The notes below the pieces were generated by a model, which searched no databases, was not told where the DNA came from, and saw only the letters and a list, made by a program, of their open reading frames with translations. 64,000 nt of DNA from the human T2T-CHM13v2.0 reference genome, Homo sapiens: assembly GCF_009914755.1 (NCBI RefSeq), contig NC_060943.1. One strand, 5' to 3'. The translations under genes and the position numbers were made by a program. Below, in pieces: positions 1 to 17,369 of this stretch (the first letter of the stretch is position 1; the number at the start of each line of letters is the position of its first letter).

Positions 1-32
1 ACTTTAGTCATGGCTCACAAGTTTACATGTGA
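1..32 (+). CDS. ZNF420: Final codons of upstream KRAB-ZNF (…DFSHGSQVYM*), partial
   Basis: (g)AC TTT AGT CAT GGC TCA CAA GTT TAC ATG TGA matches my recollection of the ZNF420 C-terminus; the position convergent with ZNF585A fits known gene order. Confidence 0.75.
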   Translation, partial: FSHGSQVYM

Positions 33-760
33 ATTGTCTGATTATTTGAGATCACTATGAAGAGGTTCTCTGGTTGTTAGCAGCAAAGAATTCTCACAAA
101 TGTGAATATGGGCGCACATTTGCCTCATAAAGCACAGCATCAGATAATTTATGTGAGAGAAAATGGTAGTGTCATTCATATAGAAAAACATCATTACTGG
201 AAACCTATTAAACATTAGCAAATTGGAGAATAGTTTTAATATAGTAAATGTAGGAAGCCCTTTAGCCATATTGAAAACAAATATCTTTTTCAACGTTATC
301 TTAGCTCTACTAGTTGATCATTTTGTTATATGTATCATGATACTTAACCTCTACCTTGGTTTAATCATTTTAAGATAGACCTAAGTATATTACCTTTATT
401 GTAAGATTCTTGGAAGTATTATGTAAGTTATTACATGTAAAAGCTCTTAGAATGGTGCCTTGAACGTAGCATACCACAAATATTAGCTACCATTTTCACT
501 AGTGTTATTTTAGAGAATTTGCATGAGAGGAGAGTACTTATGAGTATAATGAATATTGAGAAATCTTTTATCAACACATCCAAGATGACTTGGTTGGGGG
601 GCCCTGTATGCCATAATGAATGTGAGAAAGCTGTCATTTAAATCTCATCCATTATTGCTATAAGAGGAAATTCATACTGTTAAAAAAAAAAAACCCAGTG
701 GATATAATCAGTGTATTATTAAAAAAAAAAAACCCAGTGGATGTAATCAGTGTATTATTG
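33..760 (+). other. ZNF420: 3'UTR of ZNF420 with decayed zinc-finger remnants and a MIR fragment (~300-490)
   Basis: Relic finger codons (AAA TGT AGG AAG CCC TTT; AAT GAA TGT GAG AAA GCT; ATT CAT ACT GTT AAA..AAA CCC); 3' end not determined. Confidence 0.6.
681..758. repeat. 39-bp tandem duplication
   Basis: t(a)12cccagtggat[a/g]taatcagtgtattat twice, 1 mismatch. Confidence 0.95.
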
Positions 761-984
761 AGCACAGCTGTTAGAGAAGTGGGACAAGGTGTGAAGTGAT
801 TTTTAACGAAGTCTAAGATCCAAAGTCTAATAAATCTAGGAATTTTTTAAAAACTTGAATGTATTGCTTTTGAAGTAAACAAAATAACTGATATTACAGA
901 CTATTTTGCAATGAAAAATGATGAGAGTTTGTGATACAGACTGCTTTTTTCCTACCCTATATCTATTTTCTCTTTTTTAGTAAC

Positions 985-1800
985 AAATTTCTGGGCTGAA
1001 AATCTCAGCCTTCCTTGCAGGTCAACAAGATAGAAGTGATATTTATATGAGTAGGAGATTTACGAAATCCATTTTTCCTGTCTTTTTTTCCGTGCCTACA
1101 ATGTGGACATCTAAGCTGGAGCTCCGTTACTCTCATGGGGACTTTGAGAATGGTATCTGGGTGTTATGGATCATGGAGCAGAAATACAGAAGGAGTCTGC
1201 AACCCTGATGACTTTGTGGAACAGCCATACTAGCTCTGGTCTGCTTGCCTCCTGTTTCTCTTTAAATAAAATTAAACATCTTATTTGTTGATGCTATTGT
1301 AGTTCTGTTATTGACAATAAAAATTCTTAAGGATATAAAATTTTGTACCTGGAAGTGGGATGCTATGGGTAAAAGAAATCTCAAATGGGGTATTGACTTA
1401 GGGCCATTGAGAATGAGGAACTGCCCAAATTAAGCTAGGAATTTGAAGATTCTTGTTTTAATAGGCAGGATGTTTTGTCACTGCCTCCCACTCTTACAAG
1501 CATGCTTTATATCAGTTGATGCTATAATGTTAGAGGAAATGCTAGAAGTGATTCAGAATATGTGTGTTGCATGTTTCTTGCTGCTTTCAGTAATGTCTTG
1601 TGAACGAGATAAATTTAGAGTAGAGCTAGGCAGCCCACTAGCAGCAATTGAAAGCAATATTGCTTTGGTAAGATGTTATCTATGATGGCAAGCCCTCAAT
1701 CCTCCACCCTTAATCCACTTACAGTGATTTAATGTGACAACCTGAACAAGAAATCAGACCACTGCCAATGCATACAAAGGCAGTCTGCTAGTAAATATGG
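985..1800 (+). mobile_element. Old MaLR (MLT1-like) LTR plus start of internal sequence
   Basis: ggagcagaaatacagaaggagtctg…cagccatactagctctgg LTR motifs, then gtacctggaagtgggatgct (MLT1-int start). Confidence 0.5.
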
Positions 1801-1829
1801 TTATGTTTTCCTCACAGGAGCCTATTGTT

Positions 1830-3359
<1,530 letters not shown>

Positions 3360-3360
<1 letters not shown>

Positions 3361-6300
3361 GAGGATGAGTACAGAGAACACTGCATGAGGGACACAGCAA
3401 GCCACAGGCACATCTGTTAGCCCAGCCTCCAGGTAACAGTGGAAACCCTGCAGGAGAGTCACATGCACACCCTCAGATCAGTCTGAGGGAAGGATCTCAT
3501 GTTGTATCCTTTGCTCCTGAAGTTTTCTCAGCCTGGTCAGCCTCCTCAACACCTAGAATCCCTGGAACTTCTGCTTGACCTCCTGAAGGAAATAGGCCAG
3601 AGCCTAAACTCAATGCACAGCTGCAGAGTTCCTGGATCCAATGCTGCAAGGACTCATCCAGGGCAACCACAGAGGTCATTGAGATGCAAATTCACTGCTA
3701 GTGCCATGTACGTGTGCAGTTGGAGGATCAGTTTGAACTTCCAGACACCAGGCTCACACAGATGCAAAGAGAAGGGTGGAGCTGGTGCAAAAAGAGCTGG
3801 CTGCTATCTTCCCTTACTCAGGTCTGAATAACCACAACTGGGTCTCCTTGGACACTCTATTAAAGGACAAAATTAGGGCTTAAGGTATGCCCTCTGGACT
3901 CCCCTTTAAATCAGAGGCAAACAGCAAATAATGCAAACTCTAAAATACCCAAACAGGAACTATAATGGAAAAAAAATCACAAGCTGAGGGTCAAACAGAA
4001 ATACAGGAATAGGTTAAATAGAAGAACTGCAGACCTGAAAAGGCTTGACGCCAGTGCAGTCACAAAGGGAAAAAAGTACATATCACTCAAGAAGGAAAAG
4101 AAAAATGTCGATGAAATTAAACACAATGTTTATTAGAACGACAAGACTGGCTATGACTGGATAATCATCTTGTGAATAGTGAAGCCATCTGAATAGGCAC
4201 AGACAGAGTTAGCTTGTTGGTAAAAGTAATGGAAACCCACAACTCCATAATAATCACACCTGCCCAATCATTAACAAATAAATGTGGAGAAAGCAGCACT
4301 ATAGAAATGGATCCCCAAGAATGTTGGCCCTGATGAACTGGAAAATTATTTTTGTTGATAAGATTGAGCCTGACAAAAATCTAGACCCATCAGAAATACG
4401 GAAGACAAAAAAAGACGGCGGTCATGGAACAGGCTAGAGCTCACCCATGATAAATCACAGCCAACTACCATATGGAACTGGGAACAAATGCAAAATGAAG
4501 ACTATTTCACTAGACACCACACATAGACACACAAAAAGACAAAATTACATTCACACACACAGACATACAACAGTGACACAGAAACACACACTCAGGCAGC
4601 TCCTGAGGCTGCAGGGTTCTGCTGTCTGTGATGAAGTCCCTTTAGGAAAAGAGCAGCCTTGAGACACAGGCCAGTCCTCAAGGTGACAAGAGGGACAACT
4701 TTTGGGGAGACTCACCCGCACACTGTCTAGGCGGGCCTGAGGCTGGGATCCCGTGGTGAATTTCTGGGGCTCCCCTTGATGTTTCTTCAGCCCTCCATGA
4801 TGCCTAGGATCCCAAGACCATCCTGTTGAACCCCTGGAGAAGACAAACCAGAGCCCAAGGCCAATGAACTGCCACAGAGGGCTCCTGCTCCGGTGGTGGA
4901 GGAAAAGAGGTTGCATGGGACAGAAGGCCCGTCCTAGCCATCCTGTCCTCAACCCCCACTTCACTGGACTTCTTCCTGAGTTCCTGGTGGAGGAAGAGCT
5001 TCAGGGCAGGAGATTGGTACTCCTTACTCCTCTTTGGATCTGATTCTGGATTGGATGCTGTGGGCAGAAATTGGGTCAGATGGGGGTGAAAATAAAATCA
5101 GTGAGGTGTGGAAGGGGCTGCTGGGGCACATAGACACCTGAGTTCCCCAGGGAAGGTATCAGCGAAAAATTCACTGACCCATGAGCCCACTTCCTCCCTT
5201 CAACCTGGCCCTAGCAGGGCCCTGCCCTGGCCTCAAAGCCCAGGGGCTCCCGCTTGTCACCACTGTCCAGGAAATGTGGAAATGAGGTCAAATGCAAGGT
5301 GGGGCTAAGGCAACCACACCTGGAACTATCATTCCACAGGGGCAGATGGGTTGGGAGTGTGTCTCTGAGGCAGCTGGGGTAATTCCAGGACAGACAGTAG
5401 TGTCCAGGCATGCTATCAAGGGGCACTGAGGACCCCCAAGAAAGCAAAGAAGAATCAAAGGACTCCTGAGACTAAAAAAGGGCCTGTGCTGGAGTCCAAG
5501 CCACCTTTGGGGATTCCTGCCAGAAGACCCACGAGGTTTCTGCAAAGTGTACCCATGCTCAACTCCAACACGGGGGACCCCTAACACAGCCTCACCTGTA
5601 TCCAGCCAATCCCCAGTCCCTTTTATTCAATTAAAAAAATAAGTGGCAGCCAAAGGATTCAGTGCTGGAAAGCAGTCTCATCCAGGAACAGGGGAGTTAG
5701 ATATCCCTCAAGAGTGAGAAAATGGAAACAAAATGCAAGACAACCTCAATTAGAAGGCAAAGGCCAGCCATGGGTGTCTACCTCTCATCCTGTGTGAATC
5801 ACGCAGCCATCTGATTGGATATTGTGAGCAATTGTCTTTTTGTTTTTTGTTTTTGTTTGTTCGTTTGGTTTTTGGTGAAAGCTATGAAAACCTAGAGCTC
5901 CATGATCATCACACCTGCCCAATAATTAAAGATGTGTGGAGAAGGAAACACTCATGAAATGGACCCCCCAGAATATTGTCCTTGGTGAACTGGGAAATAT
6001 TTTTTGTTGATAAGATTGAGCCAGACCAAAAAAATCTAGGCCCATCAAAAATATGGAAGACAATAAAAGATAGAGGGCATAGTAAGAGAACAGAGGCAAT
6101 GTTGGGGAAATTACTACCACTGCCATGTGGATGCAGGAATGAGTGCAAAACTCGTGACCTAGCCAGAAAGGCTGCAGTTTGATTTAAAGAGATTGTTCAC
6201 ACGTTATTGTGTTCTTCTCAATATTGAATCATGGTGAGTTTTGATGTGACTATTAAGGGAAAGGAAGAATGGAGTTACAAGCATCTTCTTTGACATCTGA

Positions 6301-6660
6301 CTACACCACTCCTGCTCATGGAAAACGTGTTCCTGTGAGGTTTCTGTTGTTGGATGTGGTATCGTCACCTTATTTTAGAAAAGTTGGCCTCTCCAGAGAC
6401 AAGGCTATTTTTATTCCTCCTGGTGCCAAGCAGGCCCCCACCTCGCCCAGGCCTTAACAAAACACAAGCTGGAACCACACAGAAAACAGATTACACACAG
6501 CCCAAGCAGAAACACAAGGAGAGGTAAACCAAAAGGAAGCCAGACGAAAGAAACCCCCTCCAGTGCACAAGGCACATTTGTGCCACCAGATACCACAAAG
6601 AGAAGACACACACACAAACACATCCCACACAAATACACACACAGATATACAACACTTACA
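3360..6660. repeat. Decayed SST1/NBL2-like macrosatellite, 2-3 partial monomers
   Basis: SST1-type motif ctcacccgcacact…ggcctgaggctgggatcccg at ~4710-4752; CA-rich tracts; internal homology 4180-4415 vs 5800-6070 and 3450-3570 vs 4705-4820. Confidence 0.65.
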
Positions 6661-7869
6661 AAGTGCTGACCAGCTACAGCCAGTTTGGACCAATAAGTAT
6701 CGGTTTATGCCAGTTCTAATTTTTCATCGCTGGTTCTGACTGGTTTAGAATGGCTTCAACTGGCCAGAACCTATTTAGTGAGACTATAGTGAATTTGACC
6801 AGCTTGGACCTGTTTTGACTGGCCAAAATCAGTTTATGCCAGTTCTGGTCTTTGTTGGTTTTGACCAGATTAGACTCATTTCAACTGGCCACAACTGTTT
6901 TATGCCCAGTAAAAATGGCCTCAACAGGTTTTGACCACTTTCTTATATCATCTATATCCTTATGTAACCCTTGTTATTTTTTATGAGAGACTTCTTACCA
7001 AATGAGGGACACAAGAAATATTAGAACTTGAGCACACAAACAAGAACCACTCATAACCTACAGGAGAATTATCATTATTGTAGATGAAAGAGGACCTTCC
7101 ACATTTTCCCTTAGACCTTAGAATCTTTTTCAGTCTTTCAGTGTACAATTTTGAGCACGTGTTTTTACTGGTTTTCACAGTCTGGAATTGTTTTATGCCA
7201 ATTGTGATCAGTCTAAGTTGGTTCTGACCAGCTTAGACCAGTTCCAACTGGTCAAAACTGGTTTGTACTGGGTATTACTGGCCTTGACCAGCCTGAACCA
7301 GTTTTGATTGGGCAAAATCAGTTCATGCCTATTCCAAATGGTCTTGCCATTTCTGACCAGTTTAGATCAGTTCCTCTGGCCAAAAATGACTGATACTGGC
7401 TCTGACTGGCTACAACTGGCTTGAACAAATAAGCACCAATTTATGCCACTTCTAATTTGTCATAGCTAGTTCCAACCAACTTAGAATGGTTTCAGCTGGC
7501 TACAACCACTTTAGAGGGGCTTATAATTAGCCTTGACCAGCTTGCACCTGTTTTAACCAGCCAAAATCTGCATATGCCAGTTCTGACTACTCTTGGCCAG
7601 TTCCGAAAGGTTTACACTGATTTCAACTGGCCACAATCAGTATAGATGGAGTATAACAAGCGTCAACAGGTTTTGATCACTTCAATGTAGAATCTATAGC
7701 ATCACATAGGCCTTGTTAGTTTCTTTTTGACATATTTCTTACAAAATCAGAGACAACTAGACACACAAGCAAGAAACACTCAAAACCCTTTGAAGAAAGT
7801 TTCACTATTGTAGATTAAAGGAGACCTTCAATGTTCCCTTAGACTTAGAATACTTTCCCTCTTTCATTG

Positions 7870-8185
7870 TGAAACCAGCCCAATTTTCCAACAAGCTGGA
7901 TGTCCATAAAACTGAAGCTTGAGAAACTTACATTTGTACAATGAAATACATTTGCTGCTTGTTGACCAACTCCTCTTCTTTCCCCCTCCTGTTTTTATTC
8001 GGGGCTATATAAACCCTTAACTTTAGTCAAGGAGGAGGGATGAATTTGAGGTTTGGCTGCCATCTCACAGGCTGATGTCACCTGTGCAATAGTAAGCCTG
8101 CCTCCCTGGCAATACTCAACTCACTGATTGGCTTTTTGTGTATTGACCAGTGGGACCCAAACATAACCCCTGGTGTTTGGTAACA
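7870..8185 (+). mobile_element. ERV1 solo LTR (MER39-like, internally deleted)
   Basis: TGAAACCAGCCCAATT…TGGTAACA termini, 4-bp TSD attg (7866-7869, 8186-8189). Confidence 0.8.
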
Positions 8186-8225
8186 ATTGTACAATTTTGA
8201 GCACTGGTTTTGACTAGTTTTATAA

Positions 8226-8564
<339 letters not shown>

Positions 8565-8746
8565 TAGTCTTGGCTGGTTCCAATCAGTTTGGGTCAATTT
8601 CAACTGACTGCAAACGGTTAAGACTGGCTCTGAGTGGCTGCAACCAGTTTGAAATGACCATAATTGGTTAATGCTGGTTCTGACTGGTCATGTCTGGTTC
8701 CAAATGGTGTAGATTGGTTTCAACTGCCCAAAATCTGTGTAGCTAG

Positions 8747-9420
8747 TGTAAAAGGAAAATAAATATCAGGACCCCAAAATCACTAAACCAAAGGAAAAAG
8801 TCAAGCTGAGAACTGCATCAGGCAAACCCTGTCTCCCATTTTATTTCTAAATACGATAGCTACAAAGATAAAAAACTATTATACATACCTCCCTCACAAT
8901 TTGTCCACAAGAAAATTTCTTGTGGGCCTCAAGATCTTTACCCTAAAACAGTGCTGTTGAATTTAACCCTGGTAAGGTAACTTGATAGTTTATCTTCACA
9001 GGTGTGAGACAAAGAACAGAACTCAATCATCCCTCTGCTCACCTGAGACAAATGCACATCTGATTGCTTTCTCTGCCCTATTGTTTATGTAAAAATTCAG
9101 ATTCACTAAGCCAGACTAAGGATTCAGTAAAAGGCTAATCAGAGACTCAAAAGAATGCAACAACTTGTCTCTTAGCTACCTATGACCTGGAAGCCCCCAC
9201 TTCAAGTTGTCCTGTATTTCCAGACTGAACCAATGTATACCTTACACATACTGATTGATGTCTCATGTCTCCCTAAAATGTATAAAACCAAGCTGTGCCC
9301 CAAAAACCTTGGGCACATGTCATCAGGACCTCCTGAGGCTGTGTCATGGGGTGTCCTTAACCTTGGCAAAATAAACTTTCTGAATTGATTGAGACCTGTC
9401 TCAGATACTTTGGGTTCACA
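8747..9420 (+). mobile_element. ERV1 solo LTR (MER4A-like)
   Basis: TGTAAAAGGAAAATAAAT…CCCCAAAATCACTAA start, AATAAA, …GGGTTCACA end. Confidence 0.8.
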
Positions 9421-9809
9421 ACAGGCTACATCTGGCCTTGACTGGCTTGGACTGGTTTTGACTGGCCACAATTGGTTTATGTCAGTTTTGACTGGTCTTG
9501 GCCATTTCCAACAAGTTTACACCAGTTTCACCTGACCACAAACGGTTCAGACTGGCTCTGTCTGGCTGCTATCAGTTTTGACAGACTGAAATTACTTTAT
9601 TCTCTTTCTGATTTGTTATGGCTAGCTTTGACCAGCTTTTACCAGTTTCAACTGGCCATGACTGGTTTGGATGAGCTATAACTGGCATTAACCACTTTGA
9701 GAACCCCTTGAGACTTTTTCATTTCAGCTATTGTACTCCAGAATTTTTTTGTTTTCTATTTCTTTATTGATATATCTATTTTGTTCATACAATGTGTTCT
9801 AGCCAGTTA

Positions 9810-11720
9810 CTGCCCAAAGAAGTCTACAGTCAATGCTATTCCTATCAAAATACTGTCATTTTTCACAGAAATAAACTACTCTAAAATTTATACAGAATCA
9901 AAAAGGAGTCCAAATAACCAAAGCAATTCTAAACAGAAAGAACAAAGCTGGAGGCATCACATTACCCAACTTCAAACTACTATAAAGCTACAGTAACCAA
10001 AACAGCATGGCACTGGTAATTAATAAATAAACAAATAAAAAATAAAACAAAACCCACAAACCCACATACACCAATGGAACAGAATAGAGAACCAAGATAT
10101 AAAGCCACATACCTACAGTCATCTGATCTTTGGCAAAGTTGACAAAAATAAGCAAAGCAGAAAGAATTCCCTATTCAATAAACAATGCTGGGATAACTGG
10201 CTAGACATATGCCAAAGAATGAAACTGGACTCTGACCTTTCAAAATATAAAAAAATTAATTTGAGGTGGACTAAAGACTAAATGTAAGACCTCAGGCCAG
10301 GCGCAGTGGCTCACAGCTGTAATCCAAGCACTTTGGGAGGCCAAGGCGGGCCAATCACCTGAGGTCAGGTGTTCGAGACCAGCCTGGCCAACATGGTGAA
10401 ACGCCGTCTCTACTAAAAACACAAAAATTAGCCTGGCGTGATGGCAGCCGCCTGTAATCCCAGCTACTCAGGAGGCTGAGGCAGGAGAATGGTTTGAATC
10501 TAGGATCAGAAGTTGCAGTGAGCCAAGATCATGCCACTGCACTCCAGCCTGGGTGACAGGGTGAGACTCTGTCTCAAAAAGAAAGAAAAAAAAAAAAAAA
10601 GACCTCAAACTATAAAAATCTTAGAAGAAAACCTAGGAAATACCCTTCTCAACACTGGCTTTGGCAAAGAACTTATGGCTAAGTCCTCAAAAGCAACTGC
10701 AACAAAAACAAAAATTGACAAATGGGACTTAATGAAACTAAAGATCTTCTGCATAGCAAAAGAAATTATTAACAAAGTAAACAGGCAACCTACAGAATGA
10801 GAGAAAATATTCACAAACTATGCATCTAACAAAGGTCTAACATTCAGAATCTATAAGGAACCTAAACAAATCAAACAAAAAACAAATCAATTTAAAAACG
10901 GGCAAAGGACAGACACTTCTCAAAAGAAGACATACGAGTGTCCAACAAACATGAAAAAATGCTCAGCATTCCTAATCATCAGAGAAATGCAAATCAAAAC
11001 CACAATGAGATACCATCTCACACCAGTCAGAATGGAGACTGTAAAAAAGTAACAGGTGATGACAAGGCTGTGGAGAAAAGGGAATGCGTATACACTGTTA
11101 GCGGGAATGTAAATTTAGTTCAGCCACTGTGGAAAGCAGTTTGGAGATTTCTCAAAGAACCTAGAACTACCATTTGACCTGACAACCCCATTCCTGGGTA
11201 TATACACAAAGGAAAAATATATCGCTCTACCAAAAGACACATGCACTCATATGTTCATTGTGAATAGCATTGCAGTGCTATTCACAATGGCAAAGACAAG
11301 GAATCAACCTAGGTGCCCATCAATGGTGAACTGGATAAAGAAAACGTGTTACATACATACCATGGAATACTACACAGCCACAACAAAGAGTGAAGTCATG
11401 TCATTGATCCAGTTGGAGGCCATTATCCTAAGCTAATTAACGTGGCAACCGAAAACCAAATACCACATGTTTTCACTTATAAGTGGGAGCTAAGCATTGA
11501 GTGCACCTGGACATAAAGATGGGAACAATAGTCACTGGGGATGACTAGAGGAGGGAGAGAGAAAGGAGGATGTGGGCTGAAAAACGACCTGTTGGGTAGT
11601 ATACTTACTACCTGAGTGACAGGATCATGTGTACCCCAAACCTCAGCATCACGCAACATACTCATCTAGCAAACGTGCACATGTACCCACTCAATCCAAA
11701 ATAAAACTTGGGAAAAAAAA
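9810..11720 (+). mobile_element. 5'-truncated old primate L1 (ORF2 3' part plus 3'UTR), split by an Alu
   Basis: ORF2-like peptides ([28 protein letters not shown]), L1 3'UTR, AATAAA plus A tail. Confidence 0.9.
10295..10600 (+). mobile_element. AluS
   Basis: Full dimer, TSD aagacctca. Confidence 0.95.
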
Positions 11721-12033
11721 GAGAAAAGCAACTAAATGAGTTTTTTTGTAGAAAACAAATAATTGGGTCTTATTTTTATATGCACTTTGACACTTTGACA
11801 GTGTCTTTTAGTGATTGTTGCATGTTTCTTTTTATGTACAATTTGCATGCAACGAAATGCATACATAAATCTTAAGTGTACCATTTGCTGTTTTGACAAA
11901 TGCATAACATGTTGAATATTTATGTTTAGCAAACCTGTTCAGCATCAAGCTCCTGCCCCAACACTTCCCAGTCTGCGGACGGCCACTTTGCTGGCTGTAA
12001 CCCTTTATAAAGTCTCCTTGTTTTTTAAATTTA

Positions 12034-12372
<339 letters not shown>

Positions 12373-12466
12373 TTAAAGTTAACATATCCATATCAGTACT
12401 TAGTGGCCCATGAAGGGAAGGTAAAAAGGGTAGCTCCATTTGGTCCTACCTAATTAATGTTTCCTC

Positions 12467-12859
12467 TGTCTTAGCTTGGGCTGCCATAACAAAATTGCAT
12501 ATACTCAGTGGCTTAACAAAATGGAACACAAATGAATTTTCTTAACAACAAAAATTAATTTTCTCACAGTTCTGGAAGCTGGAAAGTCCAAGGTAAGGTG
12601 CCAGCATGGTCCGCTTTTGGTGAGGGCTGCCTTCTTGCTACGTCCTCATACGGCTTTTCCTAGGTGCAGGAGACAGAGAGAGCGAGCGAGCCTCTCTTCC
12701 TATTTTTGTAAGACCACCAATTCTACCAGATGAGGATCCCACCCTTATGAACTTAATTAACTTCAATTACCTCCTAAAAGCTCTATCTCCAAAATAGCCA
12801 CATTGAGGGTTAGAGCTTCAACCTCTGAATTTTGGGGGGACACAGTTTAGTTCATAGCA
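12467..12859 (-). mobile_element. MaLR LTR (MLT1A/MST-like)
   Basis: tgtcttagcttgggctgccataacaaaa…ctcacagttctggaagctggaaagtccaag…ttcatagca. Confidence 0.8.
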
Positions 12860-13331
12860 CCCTCCAAAGGATACTCCTCTCCTTTGACATGTGTGATGTT
12901 ATCCACAACCATCAAGGGGTGGATAGCGTTCCTGATTATAAAACTTCATCATCCAAAAGCTTGGAGCTACCCTTGGTTCTGGAAGCTTCCTTACTTTTAC
13001 TTTGAAGTTTTCAGTTCCCATTGGGAGAGACCCTCATCCCAACTGTAGATGAATCATTTTTCTTCTTGGCCAAGCTGGAGACTGCATGGAATCACTTTTA
13101 TTCTTCTGCAATATCATTCCAAAGTCAGGAGAGACAGCTTTAAATTACAGCACCTGGCTGAGACCTGGGAAGCTTGCCCCATATTCCCGACATTCCTCAC
13201 TGTGGCCTTCCATTGAGTGACTGCAGCTGACTGCCAATTCCCAGAACCATAAGCTTATGTTTACAATCAAGGACTCTTCCACCTGCCTTACACACAAACT
13301 CAGCAGACTCATTTTAATTTTTTTTAGTTAC

Positions 13332-13646
<315 letters not shown>

Positions 13647-13649
13647 CAT

Positions 13650-14960
<1,311 letters not shown>

Positions 14961-15249
14961 TCTTAGGGAAAGACTCCCAGGAGAATAAGTGAAGACATAA
15001 AGCCATATCATGGAAAGATTTAAGTGTTCATCACTGTTATAATAGGCACAGTTATAATATTAAAATAATGATAATAATGATGATGTTAACAATGTCCTCC
15101 TCCTATGGGGCGGGGATGCAGGAATAGCCAGCCTTCTCAGGAGAAGTATTATGGCTACACTATTACTACTGTATTACTTTATAACTACAGCATGATTACA
15201 CTATAACCAAGCCTGGGAGTGATCACACTAATGATGGCCTTTCAGGTGC

Positions 15250-16445
15250 AGCACTGCATAGGGGTTAATGGAATGGACTCTTTAGTTGGCCAGCCCAGGT
15301 TTGAATTTCCCTGTGCTTTTTAAAAGTTTTGTGATCTTGGAAAATTCCTTTATTCCTCTGTGACACATTCTTTGTGTGGGAAACGAGTATAATAATTGTG
15401 CTCATCTCAAGCATTAGGAGGACTGAATGAACCTAGAACATGGCCTGGTGCACATTAAACACTTAACTAAAATTTGCTGTCATCATTATTGTCATCACAA
15501 TCAGCACTGTGTACTGGGTACCACATCATTTATGCTTCACAAATACCTTATAATGTGCGGACTATTTCCCTCTGGGTTACGAGATTGTCATTAGTCAACA
15601 GTGGTATCAATTGCAATGATAATGGTAATATAAATGCAAATGACCACAATGTCAGTGTGGTAGCCAGCCTCCAAGATTGCCCTCAATCAATCTTATCTCC
15701 TGGTATTCAAACTCCATAGAGTCTTCTTTCACGATAAATAGACTGACCACTGTAACCAATACTTTCACTATGTGGTGAACACACTCAAGTATTCTTATGG
15801 TGGGTTCCATGTGGTGAGAAACTGAGGCCTTTCACCTTCTGCTCATAGTCACGTGAGCTTAGAATCAGATCCAATTAGCCCCAGTTAGCCTTCAGATGAC
15901 TGCAATTCTAGCCAACATCCTGATTGCAACCTCATGAGAGTTCCTGAGCCAGAACCACCTAGCTAAACTGTGCCTAGATTTCCAGTCCTCAGAGAGTATG
16001 TAGGAGAATAAGTGTTTATTATTATGTCACGCCACTAAGTTTTGAGTAATATGTTACACATAGCGATAGATAATTAATATGGTTGTCCTAGTCTGTTTGG
16101 GATGCTATAACAAAATGCCTAGGCTGGGGGATTTATTAAGAAGCCAAATTTATTGCTCACAGTTCTGATGGCTGAAAAGTCCAAGATCAAGATGCCAACA
16201 CATTCAGCGTCTGGTGAGAGTTGTCTGCTTCTCAGATGGTGACTACTTGCCGTGTTCTCGCATGGCAGAAAGGAAAAGAAACTCCCTTGGCCCTCTTTTG
16301 TAAGGCCATGAATTGCATTCCTGAAAGCAAAGCCCTCATGACCTAATCACCTACCAAAGACTCCATCTCTTAATATTATCTCAGTGGGAAACTGATTTCA
16401 ATATGTAAATGTGGTGGGGGAAGGCACAAATTTAGACCATTGCAG
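15250..16445. mobile_element. MIR (~15250-15480), MLT1E/F-like LTR (~15656-16080), MST/MLT1A-like LTR (~16085-16445)
   Basis: tgtggtagccagcctccaagat start; tttattgctcacagttctg…gtccaagatcaag; all shared with copy B. Confidence 0.7.
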
Positions 16446-17066
16446 CAGTCGACGCTGTATTGTAAATGTGCCCATTTTCCGCAATATAATAGAACACACC
16501 ATGGGTTTTCAGGATTGGCATTTATTATAGGCACAAACTTAATATAACTCAAATGATTGTACTAATGTGCTTCTTATATTGTCCTATTTCACAAATGTAA
16601 ACAGAGAGCACAATTTTTTGTTTTAATAGCAGCATTCCTTGTTATAATAAATATTAAAATAACACCATAATAAAATCACTAAGGATGTAACCTAATTGTG
16701 CTGATTTCACAGAGGGTGGAAAACATCAGCCCAGGGGTGGGACTACTGTGTTTATATAATACAAACACCTGAAGGTGGCAGAAACTAGCAGAGACAGAGG
16801 ATTTCTTAGCATCAGAATTGATATGTTGTTATTTATGATCTCTTAATAATTTAGAGGCATATAATAATGACAAGGATTCTGATATTTGTTATAAAGTATA
16901 ATTGTGTTGATTATATTTAAAACCATTAATAGAAACAATATAATTATAGAATTAAGTAAAACTGTAAGTGGTATGCTATGGCATGGTGTACGGTATGGTA
17001 CGGTATGAGGAATGTGGAGTAGAGTGTGGTGGGGAGGTGTAGGATATACCATAAATAGTCACACTG

Positions 17067-17369
<303 letters not shown>

